The translations under genes were made by a program, and so were the position numbers. From Candidatus Latescibacterota bacterium (GTDB taxonomy: Bacteria > Latescibacterota > UBA2968 > GCA-2709665): DNA of 64,000 bases. The stretch lies in NCBI GenBank assembly GCA_963667175.2, contig CAXXXF010000004.1, positions 192,001-256,000 on the forward strand. Reading direction: 5' to 3'. Shown one piece after another: positions 20,404 to 29,430 of this stretch; within the stretch, counting starts at the first letter, position 1, and the number at the start of each line of letters is the position of its first letter. The notes under the pieces are model-generated. The model made no database searches. It saw only the letters and a program-made list of their open reading frames with translations, and was not told where the DNA came from.

Positions 20404-23345
20404 TCGGCGATCCCAGAGAAGCTCTCGACGATGACCGAGTCCGCGTCTTCCAATGCCGACACGCCCATCCAGTGTCGAAGGGCGGCAGGCTTAATGATCA
20501 CAACCTCATTGTGGCCATGCACCCGAAGTTCGCGCTGACCAATCAGAGAGTTTGCAAGCGGGACCTCCAGGCGTTCGCCGATCCTGTCAAGAACATCCCT
20601 CAAGTTTCCGTCTGGTGCTACGACATCCAACCGAGAAGGTCTCGTAATGCGGGAGCGCTCATCAAGAACGAAGCGAACGACTCGAAGTGGCGCACGTTCG
20701 GGAAGTTCGAAGACTTCCGCGCGCATACAGCGTTGATTCGCTGCTGAAAGCCAGGCCTCCACCACCGTTTGAAACGTACGTGCATAGACAGAAATGTCAC
20801 GAACTTCGGCGGCTTTCACTGAAGCATTCCTGCCAGCCTGCCAATGCCAACTGGCACGGAACAGACCGTCACGCGCAACAATGCTATCAGTCTCGTCCAA
20901 CCCGTACAGCTCGAATACAGCCTCATCGAGCAATTCCCACTCCGCGGGGGACGGGGAACCATCTTGAAATTTCTGCGCAAGCTCCGTCAACCGAACGCCA
21001 ACGTTGGAATATAGGGCCTTTTCAAGATCGGGAATCGGCATGCGTTCGATATCCCGGCACTTGATCCTTCGCATCCACAATCCAAAAGAGGAAGCGGTCA
21101 TTAGAAAGAACCAAGACGCCAGCGACGAACTAAGAATTGCAGCGAGCAGGTGGGCGGTTTTTTCCCCGGCGAATGGTAGCGCTGCGCCAAAGAATGAGTC
21201 GGTGAAGACAATATCTCTACCTGCAACTGCAACAACAGGGCGAGGGGCTCCTATCATGAACTCTTTAATAAGCAACAGAGGTGCGCGATAAATATCGCGA
21301 TTGCGCGGCCATTGCGCAGTTGCACTGTCAAAGGATGCCAAATCCTTCGGGACAGAGAATTGTCGAAGGTCCTTGACGGTCAAGAGTGGGAGTCCCCGAA
21401 GAAACCGGCAGTCGCGGCTTCGATTCCCAACAGTAAGCCCCGTGTGTAGCCCTGTATCGAACTTGGTGAGTTGTCGATCAAATGTCGGATAACTTTCTCT
21501 CAGCCTGTTCAACAACGACAGATCCCTCCGAAAACCAACAAACGCGGCCTTTAGAATCTCTGGTGTTCGCTTCCAATCACTCATTTGAAGCGTTATGATA
21601 TCACTACGTGCGATCTCGAATGTATGGCTTTTTGCTCCTGCGGGCGACCACGGCACTTGAACAGCGGTAATCGTGTCTCGTCGCAATTTACGGTGCCTTG
21701 CGAAAAGTACAACTGCTGGCATTCTGCTTTTTGGAAACAGCCAATCAGCGTGATTCGACAGATTAACCAGCGTCACTGATGATAGTTTTTCGACTAGTTG
21801 AAGCGAAGCAGCTACTCCCGTCGTACTCTGACTGAAGAATTGGACAGCACTCAGAATCAGACCAAATCGGGTTTTCTCGGAGGCAAAATCCATTGCTCGA
21901 TGTACGAAGTCCAGACTTTCCCCACGAGGCGCGAGTGCATTCCTCGGGCTACTTCGGAGACGGCGTCCCGCGGTGCCAGATTCGCCTCGATAGCTCCAGG
22001 GCGGATTTCCAACGATGACGTCGAATTTCTTCGGTACACCCCGTTCTGTCATCGCAAGCCGTCCGGAAGGCGTAGTTTCGACGTGGTATGCGTCGGCGAC
22101 GATTAACGTCTTGCCGATGAGCGGTTCGAACTTCAAAGCATTTGGTGGCTGTGGGTCTGGATCAAGCTCCAACGCCGCCAAGTAAAGACTGAACGCAGCA
22201 ACACGCACCGCGGATTCGTTCACGTCGACGCCGTAGATCTGTTGATGCAATATGGAACGGACTAATTCGCGACTTCGGTCGCCGCCATTCGATTGGAGAT
22301 CTACTAGCCTCCGAAGGGATTCGACTAGGAAGACGCCCGAACCACAAGTCAGGTCGATCACGGTTTCCTTTCCCGTGAGTCCTTCCATGACCTCGTCCAG
22401 AACCAAGGAAACAAGCGGTAGCCGCGTATAGAAAATATCGAATCCGGTATTGCTGTAGGGCGTCGATGGATCAGAGTGCGCGAACTGCTCGTAGATGGAA
22501 CTGATTAATTCTACCGGTATCACGTCGAACTGGTAAGGGAAAAGCGTGGTTTGTCCCGACTCCGGGTCCACGGCTTCGAGGAAGTCCGCGATTCTACAGA
22601 GATGCCTAAGTCCTGGCGCGATTGACTGCTCCAACGGAAACATGTCGCCGTTGAATATCTCTCGAAGCCAGTCGAACAACTGCTCTGTGGCAGCGGGGAC
22701 ACGCAGGATTTCGGGTAGGGTGCCGTGGCCATAATCACGTTCGAGGATTTGCTCCGTTACGATCTTCCGATCAATAAGGTACTGCGTGAATATCGACCTG
22801 CCAATCAGACCCTGTGCGCTCGAATAGTCTAGCCCTGCATCCACGAGGTCTTGTTCAAGCGCGGCAAGATCGGAAAGAAGCTGTTGATCCACGCTCGTTT
22901 TGCGATCCACAGCGCCCGCCTGTTGCCAGAACTGCCCCGTTTCCATAACTAGGCGGCCGGCGAAGGCATCGAGTCTGTCCAACTCACTAGCGATCAGTTC
23001 GAATGTATCCAACAGGTACGCCGCAGCATCCTCGGTCTCTCGGGGACGACCGAAACCGTTGTATAGATCTATTCTTTGCGGTGAAACCACCCATAACAAC
23101 GGGGCGAAACCCTGGTTCCAGATCTCCTGACGCCACCGTTCCACCTGTTCATTAGATGGGTCTTCCTGTTCAAGCTTGAAGTAGACGGTGAGCGCTGAGT
23201 CGCTGCACCATAAGGCATCAGGTTCAAACTCCCGGGCCTGGCACCTGGTACGGGCGTCGTCCTCCAGGTAAACGCCATGTGCTGGTTCACCATTCTCCAG
23301 ATAGCCAGTGGCTTCAAGCACCTGCCTTAAGGATTGAGCGATCAT
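20400..23345 (-). CDS. Large N6-adenine DNA methyltransferase (Eco57I/type IIG-like)
   Basis: ELISSIYE, motif I DLTCGSGVFL, motif IV VGNPPW, C-terminal TRD-like region. Start at ATG 23345 is supported by the promoter position and by the paralogous pseudogene. Confidence 0.85.
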   Translation of the reverse strand: MIAQSLRQVLEATGYLENGEPAHGVYLEDDARTRCQAREFEPDALWCSDSALTVYFKLEQEDPSNEQVERWRQEIWNQGFAPLLWVVSPQRIDLYNGFGRPRETEDAAAYLLDTFELIASELDRLDAFAGRLVMETGQFWQQAGAVDRKTSVDQQLLSDLAALEQDLVDAGLDYSSAQGLIGRSIFTQYLIDRKIVTEQILERDYGHGTLPEILRVPAATEQLFDWLREIFNGDMFPLEQSIAPGLRHLCRIADFLEAVDPESGQTTLFPYQFDVIPVELISSIYEQFAHSDPSTPYSNTGFDIFYTRLPLVSLVLDEVMEGLTGKETVIDLTCGSGVFLVESLRRLVDLQSNGGDRSRELVRSILHQQIYGVDVNESAVRVAAFSLYLAALELDPDPQPPNALKFEPLIGKTLIVADAYHVETTPSGRLAMTERGVPKKFDVIVGNPPWSYRGESGTAGRRLRSSPRNALAPRGESLDFVHRAMDFASEKTRFGLILSAVQFFSQSTTGVAASLQLVEKLSSVTLVNLSNHADWLFPKSRMPAVVLFARHRKLRRDTITAVQVPWSPAGAKSHTFEIARSDIITLQMSDWKRTPEILKAAFVGFRRDLSLLNRLRESYPTFDRQLTKFDTGLHTGLTVGNRSRDCRFLRGLPLLTVKDLRQFSVPKDLASFDSATAQWPRNRDIYRAPLLLIKEFMIGAPRPVVAVAGRDIVFTDSFFGAALPFAGEKTAHLLAAILSSSLASWFFLMTASSFGLWMRRIKCRDIERMPIPDLEKALYSNVGVRLTELAQKFQDGSPSPAEWELLDEAVFELYGLDETDSIVARDGLFRASWHWQAGRNASVKAAEVRDISVYARTFQTVVEAWLSAANQRCMRAEVFELPERAPLRVVRFVLDERSRITRPSRLDVVAPDGNLRDVLDRIGERLEVPLANSLIGQRELRVHGHNEVVIIKPAALRHWMGVSALEDADSVIVESFSGIAE

Positions 23346-23394
23346 CTCCGTTACCTCGCAGAAACAAAAACCCCATTGAGACGGTGTTTTCCAT

Positions 23395-23438
23395 ATTATA
23401 GCCACAATGGGGTTGACGTTCAACAAAATCCGCAATTA
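23395..23438 (-). promoter_or_regulatory. Sigma70 promoter of the MTase-nuclease pair
   Basis: Minus strand TTGAAC-N17-TATAAT. The 20-mer TTCAACAAAATCCGCAATTA (23419-23438) recurs exactly at 36777-36796. Confidence 0.7.
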
Positions 23439-23523
23439 TAGCGTCTTTACGTCAGATTCGGAACATTACACCGCCGACTAAAATGCGGTAAGGAATGACG
23501 TTAGACGCCAATTCCGGGTGCGA

Positions 23524-23778
23524 TTAATCAGGATCATCACCGCCTATCCGATCGATTGGGATTGGCTCGCGGGAAGGTATGTTCAGTTCCACGCCACCCA
23601 TTGGCGCGAATCGATCATGTATAGCGCTTGCGAGATTGGCAGGTGGCGGGTATACGGTTAGCGCTGCACGCAGAATCGCCCGCGCTTCCTCCTCAATGGA
23701 ATGGCCATGCTCGGCCGCCCGCATGCGGAGACGCTGCGCTAAATCATCGCCGATGTCTTGTATCTTTATACTGCCCAT
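23524..23778 (-). CDS. FitA/StbC-like ribbon-helix-helix antitoxin (no adjacent toxin)
   Basis: MGSIKIQDIGDDLAQRLRMRAAEHGHSIEEEARAILRAAL...NLASAIHDRFAPMGGVEL is a typical plasmid-stability antitoxin sequence. Confidence 0.85.
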   Translation of the reverse strand: MGSIKIQDIGDDLAQRLRMRAAEHGHSIEEEARAILRAALTVYPPPANLASAIHDRFAPMGGVELNIPSREPIPIDRIGGDDPD

Positions 23779-23945
23779 CTTCTCTATCTCCGATTCATAG
23801 TAAATTCGCATTTCCGCCCGAATGTGTGTGCGGTTCCATTTGCGCGGCAACGCCCGAAGCTACCCCGCCGTCAACTCGTGACTTACTTCCCCCTGCACAA
23901 TTCGGCAGTTGACAGCGCACCTGGAGCCCTTAGCCTTGATCTCAT

Positions 23946-24695
23946 TCAATATCGCCCGTGCTCATTTCCCGATGGCGAGCGGTTGAGTTCTTCCCGATGA
24001 TAGCGCCAGGTTGGCATGAACCTGTCCATCAGTTTCCAAAAACGATCGTTGTGACGGCGCTCGATCAGGTGGACCATCTCATGCACAACGACGTACTCAA
24101 GGCAGGATGCCGGTTTCTTTGCCAGCTCGAGACTCAGCCAGATTCGGCGGGCCTGGGGATTGCAAGTCCCCCAACGGGTCTTCATCTTTCTGATCCGCGC
24201 TTCGTTGACCCGCACCCCCATTTCGGGCTCCCATTTTGCAATGATCCCCGGAAGCAAATCACGGAGTTGGCGTCGATACCATCGATCCAGTACGGCCTCC
24301 CTATTATGCCTGTCTGCGCCCGGCCGAACGCGCATCGCTATGGTCGTATTGTTAAGGAGGCGGACCTCAGGCGGGGTGTCCCGTTCCGTCACCTCGAGCC
24401 GGTAGCGTCGGCCCTCGAAAAAATGACTCTCGCCCGTTATGAATTCCCGCTCGGACTGGCGGTATTGCCGCTGAAATCTCGCCTCCTGCAGACGAATCCA
24501 TTCAAGACGGGAAGTGACGGCAACTCGCACGTCGTCTTTATCGAGACGACGCGGCGCGGACACCCTTACGCGACCGTTCGGCGGGTAGACTCTTATGTAC
24601 AGGTTCTTGACGTCCTTGTGCACGACGTCCACTGCGGTTCCTCGTACCTCAATGGTGTAATTTTTCAGCCTATTCTTCACTTTCCACCGTCGCAA
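23946..24695 (-). CDS. M48/YgjP (DUF45)-family zinc metallopeptidase, copy 2
   Basis: MKTRWGTC, VVHEMVH HExxH motif; paralog of 24970-25704. Start position uncertain. Confidence 0.88.
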   Translation of the reverse strand: MRRWKVKNRLKNYTIEVRGTAVDVVHKDVKNLYIRVYPPNGRVRVSAPRRLDKDDVRVAVTSRLEWIRLQEARFQRQYRQSEREFITGESHFFEGRRYRLEVTERDTPPEVRLLNNTTIAMRVRPGADRHNREAVLDRWYRRQLRDLLPGIIAKWEPEMGVRVNEARIRKMKTRWGTCNPQARRIWLSLELAKKPASCLEYVVVHEMVHLIERRHNDRFWKLMDRFMPTWRYHREELNRSPSGNEHGRY

Positions 24696-24787
24696 TCTCG
24701 ACTGAATCGGCGCACGAGGTTCTCATTGTTACCAGATTGGGACTTGATAGCATTGCGGACTTTCAGTCCCCGCCGCCACCGGACGAA

Positions 24788-24920
24788 CTATCCCTGACAC
24801 AGCTCGGCGACCATCGCCGCATTCTCGCCAAGCTGATCGCCGAATTTCTGGTACATCCCCACCAGAAGAATATCGATGGGTTTGATATTATCGAGCGTAA
24901 AGTCAAACTCTGTGCGAATT
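24788..24920 (-). pseudogene. 3' fragment of a homolog of the aldo/keto-reductase-like gene at 40026-40871
   Basis: Translates IRTEFDFTLDNIKPIDILLVGMYQKFGDQLGENAAMVAELCQG*, against IREEFAYTLANVKPNDILLVGMYQKFSDQLGENAAIIAELCRR* in the intact gene. Confidence 0.9.
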
Positions 24921-24969
24921 CAACTTTTGGAGCTGACAGCGCGCTTGGGGCCTCAATCCTTTATTTCGT

Positions 24970-25704
24970 TCAATACTGCCAGTCCGCATGCGCCAGTGGC
25001 GATCGATTGAGTTCGTCCCGATGATAGCGCCAAGTTGGCATGAACCTGTCCATCAGCGACCGAAAACGATCGTTGTGACGACGCTCAATCAAGTGAACCA
25101 TTTCATGGAGAACGACAAAGTCTAGGCAGGATGACGGTTTCTTTGCCAACTCGAGATTCAGCCAGATTCGGCGGGCATCCGGGTTGCAGGTACCCCATCG
25201 AGTCTTCATCTTTCTGATACGAGCTTCATTGACGTGCACACCCAATTCAGGCTCCCACTTCGCGATGAGACCCGGTAGACGATCTCGGAGTTGCTGGCGG
25301 TACCATCGATCCATCACGGCTTCTCTGGTATTCCGGTCGGCCCTCGGTCGTACGCACATTCCCATTGTCGTGTTATTGATGAGACAAACCGAAGGTTGTC
25401 CGTCACATTCCGTAACATCGAGTCGGTAGCGCCTTCCCTCGAAGTAATGGCTTTCACCAGTGACGAATTCCCGTTGGGACTGCCGATTTTGCTTCTCGAA
25501 TTTCGACTGATGGCGACGAATCCATCCCAGCCGAGAAACAACAGCCATCCGCACCGCGTCATCATCAAGACTGAGCGGAGCGGCCACTCTAACCCTGCCG
25601 TTCGGTGGGTAGACCCCAATATGGAGGTTCTTGATGTCCTTGTGGACCACATCGACCGCAGTCCCTTGTACATCAATGCTGTAAGTTTTCCACTCAGTAT
25701 TCAC
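24970..25704 (-). CDS. M48/YgjP (DUF45)-family zinc metallopeptidase, copy 1
   Basis: VLHEMVH HExxH motif; overlaps the hsdR stop, the usual position for this family. Confidence 0.9.
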   Translation of the reverse strand: MNTEWKTYSIDVQGTAVDVVHKDIKNLHIGVYPPNGRVRVAAPLSLDDDAVRMAVVSRLGWIRRHQSKFEKQNRQSQREFVTGESHYFEGRRYRLDVTECDGQPSVCLINNTTMGMCVRPRADRNTREAVMDRWYRQQLRDRLPGLIAKWEPELGVHVNEARIRKMKTRWGTCNPDARRIWLNLELAKKPSSCLDFVVLHEMVHLIERRHNDRFRSLMDRFMPTWRYHRDELNRSPLAHADWQY

Positions 25705-28700
25705 TCTGCGCCTTTACAATCTCAAATATTCGGTACACCAGGCCCTCATTGTCGCCGAGTTGCGACCTTATAGCGTTGCGGACCTCCCGTTCCTTGAATT
25801 TGTTTCCACGCCAGTCCGCTTTCTTGACGCTACGAATGGCGTGATCAACCGCGACAGCCTTTGCGGAAAGTTCATCCGCGGAAAACTCCATCCCGGTGTC
25901 GGCATAGGGTTTGTCTTGCCCAAGTGCGGCACCCTGTAAGTTATCGAATAGAGACCTGAGCGTGTTGGTGTCGATTTCCGACGGATATGACGTCTCGGAT
26001 TCAGGGCTGCTGACTTTTTTGGCCAAGTCAATAATTCTCGCAAGGTACATCTTGTAGTCGAGGCTTTCCTGCTTACGCTGAAGGATCAGGGCGTCCAACA
26101 ACTCAGACATCTTGCCGTAATATTTAGGGTTGACCGGGGTCTCGTCGATGATGAGACGGCGGACGTTATTCTCTATCGTCTCGGCCGTCGCCTCCTGATC
26201 ACTGCGAATACCATCTGGAAGTGCATCTAACGCCTTATCGCCTCGTTTGACGATTAGCTGTACAAGTGTCAGATCGTCAAACGTCGAGAGTCTTTCACTT
26301 TCCTCGGCGCGGATGTAGGTGTCGAGAAGGTGCCGCATGGCCGGCTCATACATCTTCAGGTCAATGTAGTCGCCACTCGCGAGTTTGACCTCCTTGCGGA
26401 CATTCTCGTAGTGATCCACTTCTATTTTTATTTCCTGCGCCTCGGCATCACTGTAACCTGCCTCATGCATTTCGTTGGCCAGGTTGGCGTAAGCTCGCAA
26501 AAGCGCCGCAGTCCGCCTATAGAGGGCTAGACGCCGTGGCTCAGTTTCCTTGAGACCCTTGATACTTCCACCATCCGTCCCGCAGAAGAAACGCCGATAT
26601 GACGCAGAGTCGCGTGGCAGCGCGACCGGCTCACACAGCGCCCGTATAGCCTCGCGTGTCTCCTCAAGCCGCTCACGCCCCTTCGCGAGCCTGTCCGTCA
26701 GCAACCCCTGCACATCGGCATGGTCGTACCCGCCGAAGGCACCTCCGGTGTAATCCTGAATCGACTGCTCCAACGAACGGAACAGGTCCTTGTAGTCGAC
26801 GATATATCCGTACACTTTGTCCTCACCGTCGAGGCGGTTGACACGGCAGATCGCCTGGAAGAGCCCATGGTCCTGCATGTGTTTGTCGATGTAGAGATAG
26901 GTAGCAGAGGGTGCATCGAAACCGGTCAGGAGCTTATCTACCACGATAAGGAGCTTCATCTGCCCCGGCTCCTTTACGAATCGCTTCTTAACCTCGCGTT
27001 CAAACCGCTCAACCTTGTTCATTGCGGTGTCTTCCGGCTCGTTGAAGTGCACCGCAAGCATCTGTCGGTAGATACCGTACCGGCGTAGCCTCTCGGTAAG
27101 CCCTTCGCCGGTCTCCTCACCCTTGATGTCCCCGGGCGCTGGCTTGTAGGATGTGACGATGGCGCACTTACCCGCCAAATCAGTCTGCTGAAACATCTCA
27201 AAAAAGCGGCACGCAGAGTCGATGCTGCCAGAGACCAGCAGGGCGTTGCCCTTACCGCTCTTAAGTCGGTCGCATATCTCCATGTCTAGCTGAATGTCGG
27301 CGACGATTTTCTCCAAGCGATCCCGTGAACTTAACACTCTCCGCATGGTGCCCCAACGCTGTTTAAGTTGGGCCTTCGCTACGTCAGTCAATCCTTTGGT
27401 CTTGACTTCGAACCACTGATCTATCTTGTCCTGAGAGGTAATATTCTGGTCGATGTCACGTGCTTCGTAACGCAAGTCCAGCACCACGCCATCGCGCACC
27501 GCTTCGTCGTACTTATAGGTGTGGATGTAGGTTCCGAAGGTCTCGATGCTGCGGCGCTTATCTGCCTTGAGCAATGGGGTTCCGGTAAAGCCAATGAGCA
27601 TAGCGCCTGGTAAAATTGCCCTCATTGCCTCGTGAAGTTTTCCGGACTGGGTGCGGTGACATTCGTCCACGAAAACGAAAATCTCGCCCTTGGGACGGAA
27701 ATCACCGGGTAGATTCTTCTTGATCTCCTCGACGTAGGCCTCGATTTCTCTTTCGCTGATATCGTCGGTTGTACCGAACTTGTGGATAAGGGAGCCGATC
27801 AGCCACTCGTCGGGTCTGTTAAGTACCTGCACGAGATCAGCTCCACTTTTCGTCCGGTAGATGTCCTCGCTGACACCCTTGAAAACAGCCTCAATTTGCT
27901 CGTCCAACTCCGTGCGATCCGTTATGAGAAGGACCCTTGCGTCGGTGACGTTCTCGCGAATCCATTTCGCAAGCCAGACCATCGTCAGGCTCTTGCCACT
28001 CCCTTGCGTGTGCCAGATGATGCCACCCTCCCGGCTTTTCACTCGGACTTGGGCAGCCCGCGCACCGAAGTATTGGTTGTGGCGGCAAGTCTTCTTTACC
28101 CCAGCGTCAAAGACGACGAAGTCATGTATTATCTCAAGTAATCGCTCTTTGCTGCAGAGTTGACTCAGCTCGCGCAATAAAGGATTGTCGCCGGCAGCCG
28201 GGTTGGCGTTCGCTTCCTTCCAGTGCAGCCAGTATTTTTCAGGTGTCTCGATTACACCGTAACGCAACCCCTCGGTATCATTGCCCGCCATCACGAGTTG
28301 CACGGTGGTGAAAAAGGGGCGGATGAACTCCTTTTTCTGGTTGTCAAGGTTTTGACGAATGCCCTCGGTCACAGAAACCGTCGAGCGCTTCAGTTCCAGG
28401 ATCCCGAGAGCGATCCCATTGACGTATAGCACAATGTCCGGACGTTTGCTGTTCGTCGCTGAGATTGTAACCTCTTCGGCGATTGCAAAGTCGTTATTGC
28501 CAGGATTCTCCCAGTCCATCAGCCAGACAGTGACATTCGGTTCGCCGACGTCCGGTCGGACCTTCACTCCGTAACGGAGCAGGCTGTATACCTCGCGGTT
28601 TGCTTCGTATAGTGTCTTGCTGCCGCCGAGTGCTGATGCTTTGTCCAGTTCGCGCAGAACCTTGTTTACGACATTGTCGGCGTAACCATTGCGCTTCAGC

Positions 28701-28843
28701 CAATCGGTGAGCAGCCTTTTCTCAACATTACCGTTATCGGCGCGATCCTGCCAGTGGCCGAGATTGGAGTACCCTAGCGAATCCCGCAAGAAAGAAATCA
28801 CCCGTCGCTGTGTGCGAAATTCGTTTTGACCGATTGTGTTCAT
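25694..28843 (-). CDS. hsdR: Type I restriction enzyme R subunit
   Basis: RPDIVLYVNGIALGILELK nuclease motif, WHTQGSGKS Walker A, VDECHR, GFTGTP, LLTGFDAP, QAICRVNR. Confidence 0.96.
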   Translation of the reverse strand: MNTIGQNEFRTQRRVISFLRDSLGYSNLGHWQDRADNGNVEKRLLTDWLKRNGYADNVVNKVLRELDKASALGGSKTLYEANREVYSLLRYGVKVRPDVGEPNVTVWLMDWENPGNNDFAIAEEVTISATNSKRPDIVLYVNGIALGILELKRSTVSVTEGIRQNLDNQKKEFIRPFFTTVQLVMAGNDTEGLRYGVIETPEKYWLHWKEANANPAAGDNPLLRELSQLCSKERLLEIIHDFVVFDAGVKKTCRHNQYFGARAAQVRVKSREGGIIWHTQGSGKSLTMVWLAKWIRENVTDARVLLITDRTELDEQIEAVFKGVSEDIYRTKSGADLVQVLNRPDEWLIGSLIHKFGTTDDISEREIEAYVEEIKKNLPGDFRPKGEIFVFVDECHRTQSGKLHEAMRAILPGAMLIGFTGTPLLKADKRRSIETFGTYIHTYKYDEAVRDGVVLDLRYEARDIDQNITSQDKIDQWFEVKTKGLTDVAKAQLKQRWGTMRRVLSSRDRLEKIVADIQLDMEICDRLKSGKGNALLVSGSIDSACRFFEMFQQTDLAGKCAIVTSYKPAPGDIKGEETGEGLTERLRRYGIYRQMLAVHFNEPEDTAMNKVERFEREVKKRFVKEPGQMKLLIVVDKLLTGFDAPSATYLYIDKHMQDHGLFQAICRVNRLDGEDKVYGYIVDYKDLFRSLEQSIQDYTGGAFGGYDHADVQGLLTDRLAKGRERLEETREAIRALCEPVALPRDSASYRRFFCGTDGGSIKGLKETEPRRLALYRRTAALLRAYANLANEMHEAGYSDAEAQEIKIEVDHYENVRKEVKLASGDYIDLKMYEPAMRHLLDTYIRAEESERLSTFDDLTLVQLIVKRGDKALDALPDGIRSDQEATAETIENNVRRLIIDETPVNPKYYGKMSELLDALILQRKQESLDYKMYLARIIDLAKKVSSPESETSYPSEIDTNTLRSLFDNLQGAALGQDKPYADTGMEFSADELSAKAVAVDHAIRSVKKADWRGNKFKEREVRNAIRSQLGDNEGLVYRIFEIVKAQSEY

Positions 28844-28918
28844 GTACGTTCGCAATTTAGTAACTCGGGCCAGTTCACAACTCGGAGAAAGACATTGGCC
28901 GCATTCGATGAGTTGGCC

Positions 28919-29419
28919 TCAATCGTCCATCAGGTCTGGACATACAAACACCACGTGAATCCCATTTTTTTGAAGTGTTGCGCGGTGGTGCCACCAATCT
29001 GTATCAGATGCGTTTAACAACTCCGGACTAGAATGGCTAGCCAACGCTACAGCCACGAACTTTCGATCATCCCAATCGAAAGTATCGAGATCTGGGTCAT
29101 TGGGAAACTCCTCGAAGCCACGGTCTCGGTGAGGCTTTACTGTGATTTTCCGGCAATGCTGGTCGTTAGCTTGGTTTTTCCAAAGCCACAGGAAGAAATA
29201 GTCCCCGAGACCAGGCTCCCCTGAAGGGTTGAGGTTTCTTCGGTATTCGTCAATAATCAGATTCTCGTCGTCAAGAAGAAGCCGAAACCCTCCGTTCTGG
29301 ATCATACTTAATGTTTCTCTACACTTAAATATGCAACTCCGATTGAAGTCTTGGTAATTATGATTTGCAACTACGGCGACATTGGTATCCATGATTATCT
29401 CAGGTTTCTTCGAATTCAC
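28919..29419 (-). CDS. PIN-domain ribonuclease-like protein
   Basis: IIMDTNV, IIDEY, DWDDRKFVAVA, ASDTDW acidic PIN tetrad. Confidence 0.75.
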   Translation of the reverse strand: MNSKKPEIIMDTNVAVVANHNYQDFNRSCIFKCRETLSMIQNGGFRLLLDDENLIIDEYRRNLNPSGEPGLGDYFFLWLWKNQANDQHCRKITVKPHRDRGFEEFPNDPDLDTFDWDDRKFVAVALASHSSPELLNASDTDWWHHRATLQKNGIHVVFVCPDLMDD

Positions 29420-29430
29420 TCGAGATACCC

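Noticed and set aside
23346-23435. 30-aa N-terminal extension of the MTase in the ORF track
   Set aside because: It overlaps the promoter, and the paralogous relic begins at the equivalent MIAQSL.
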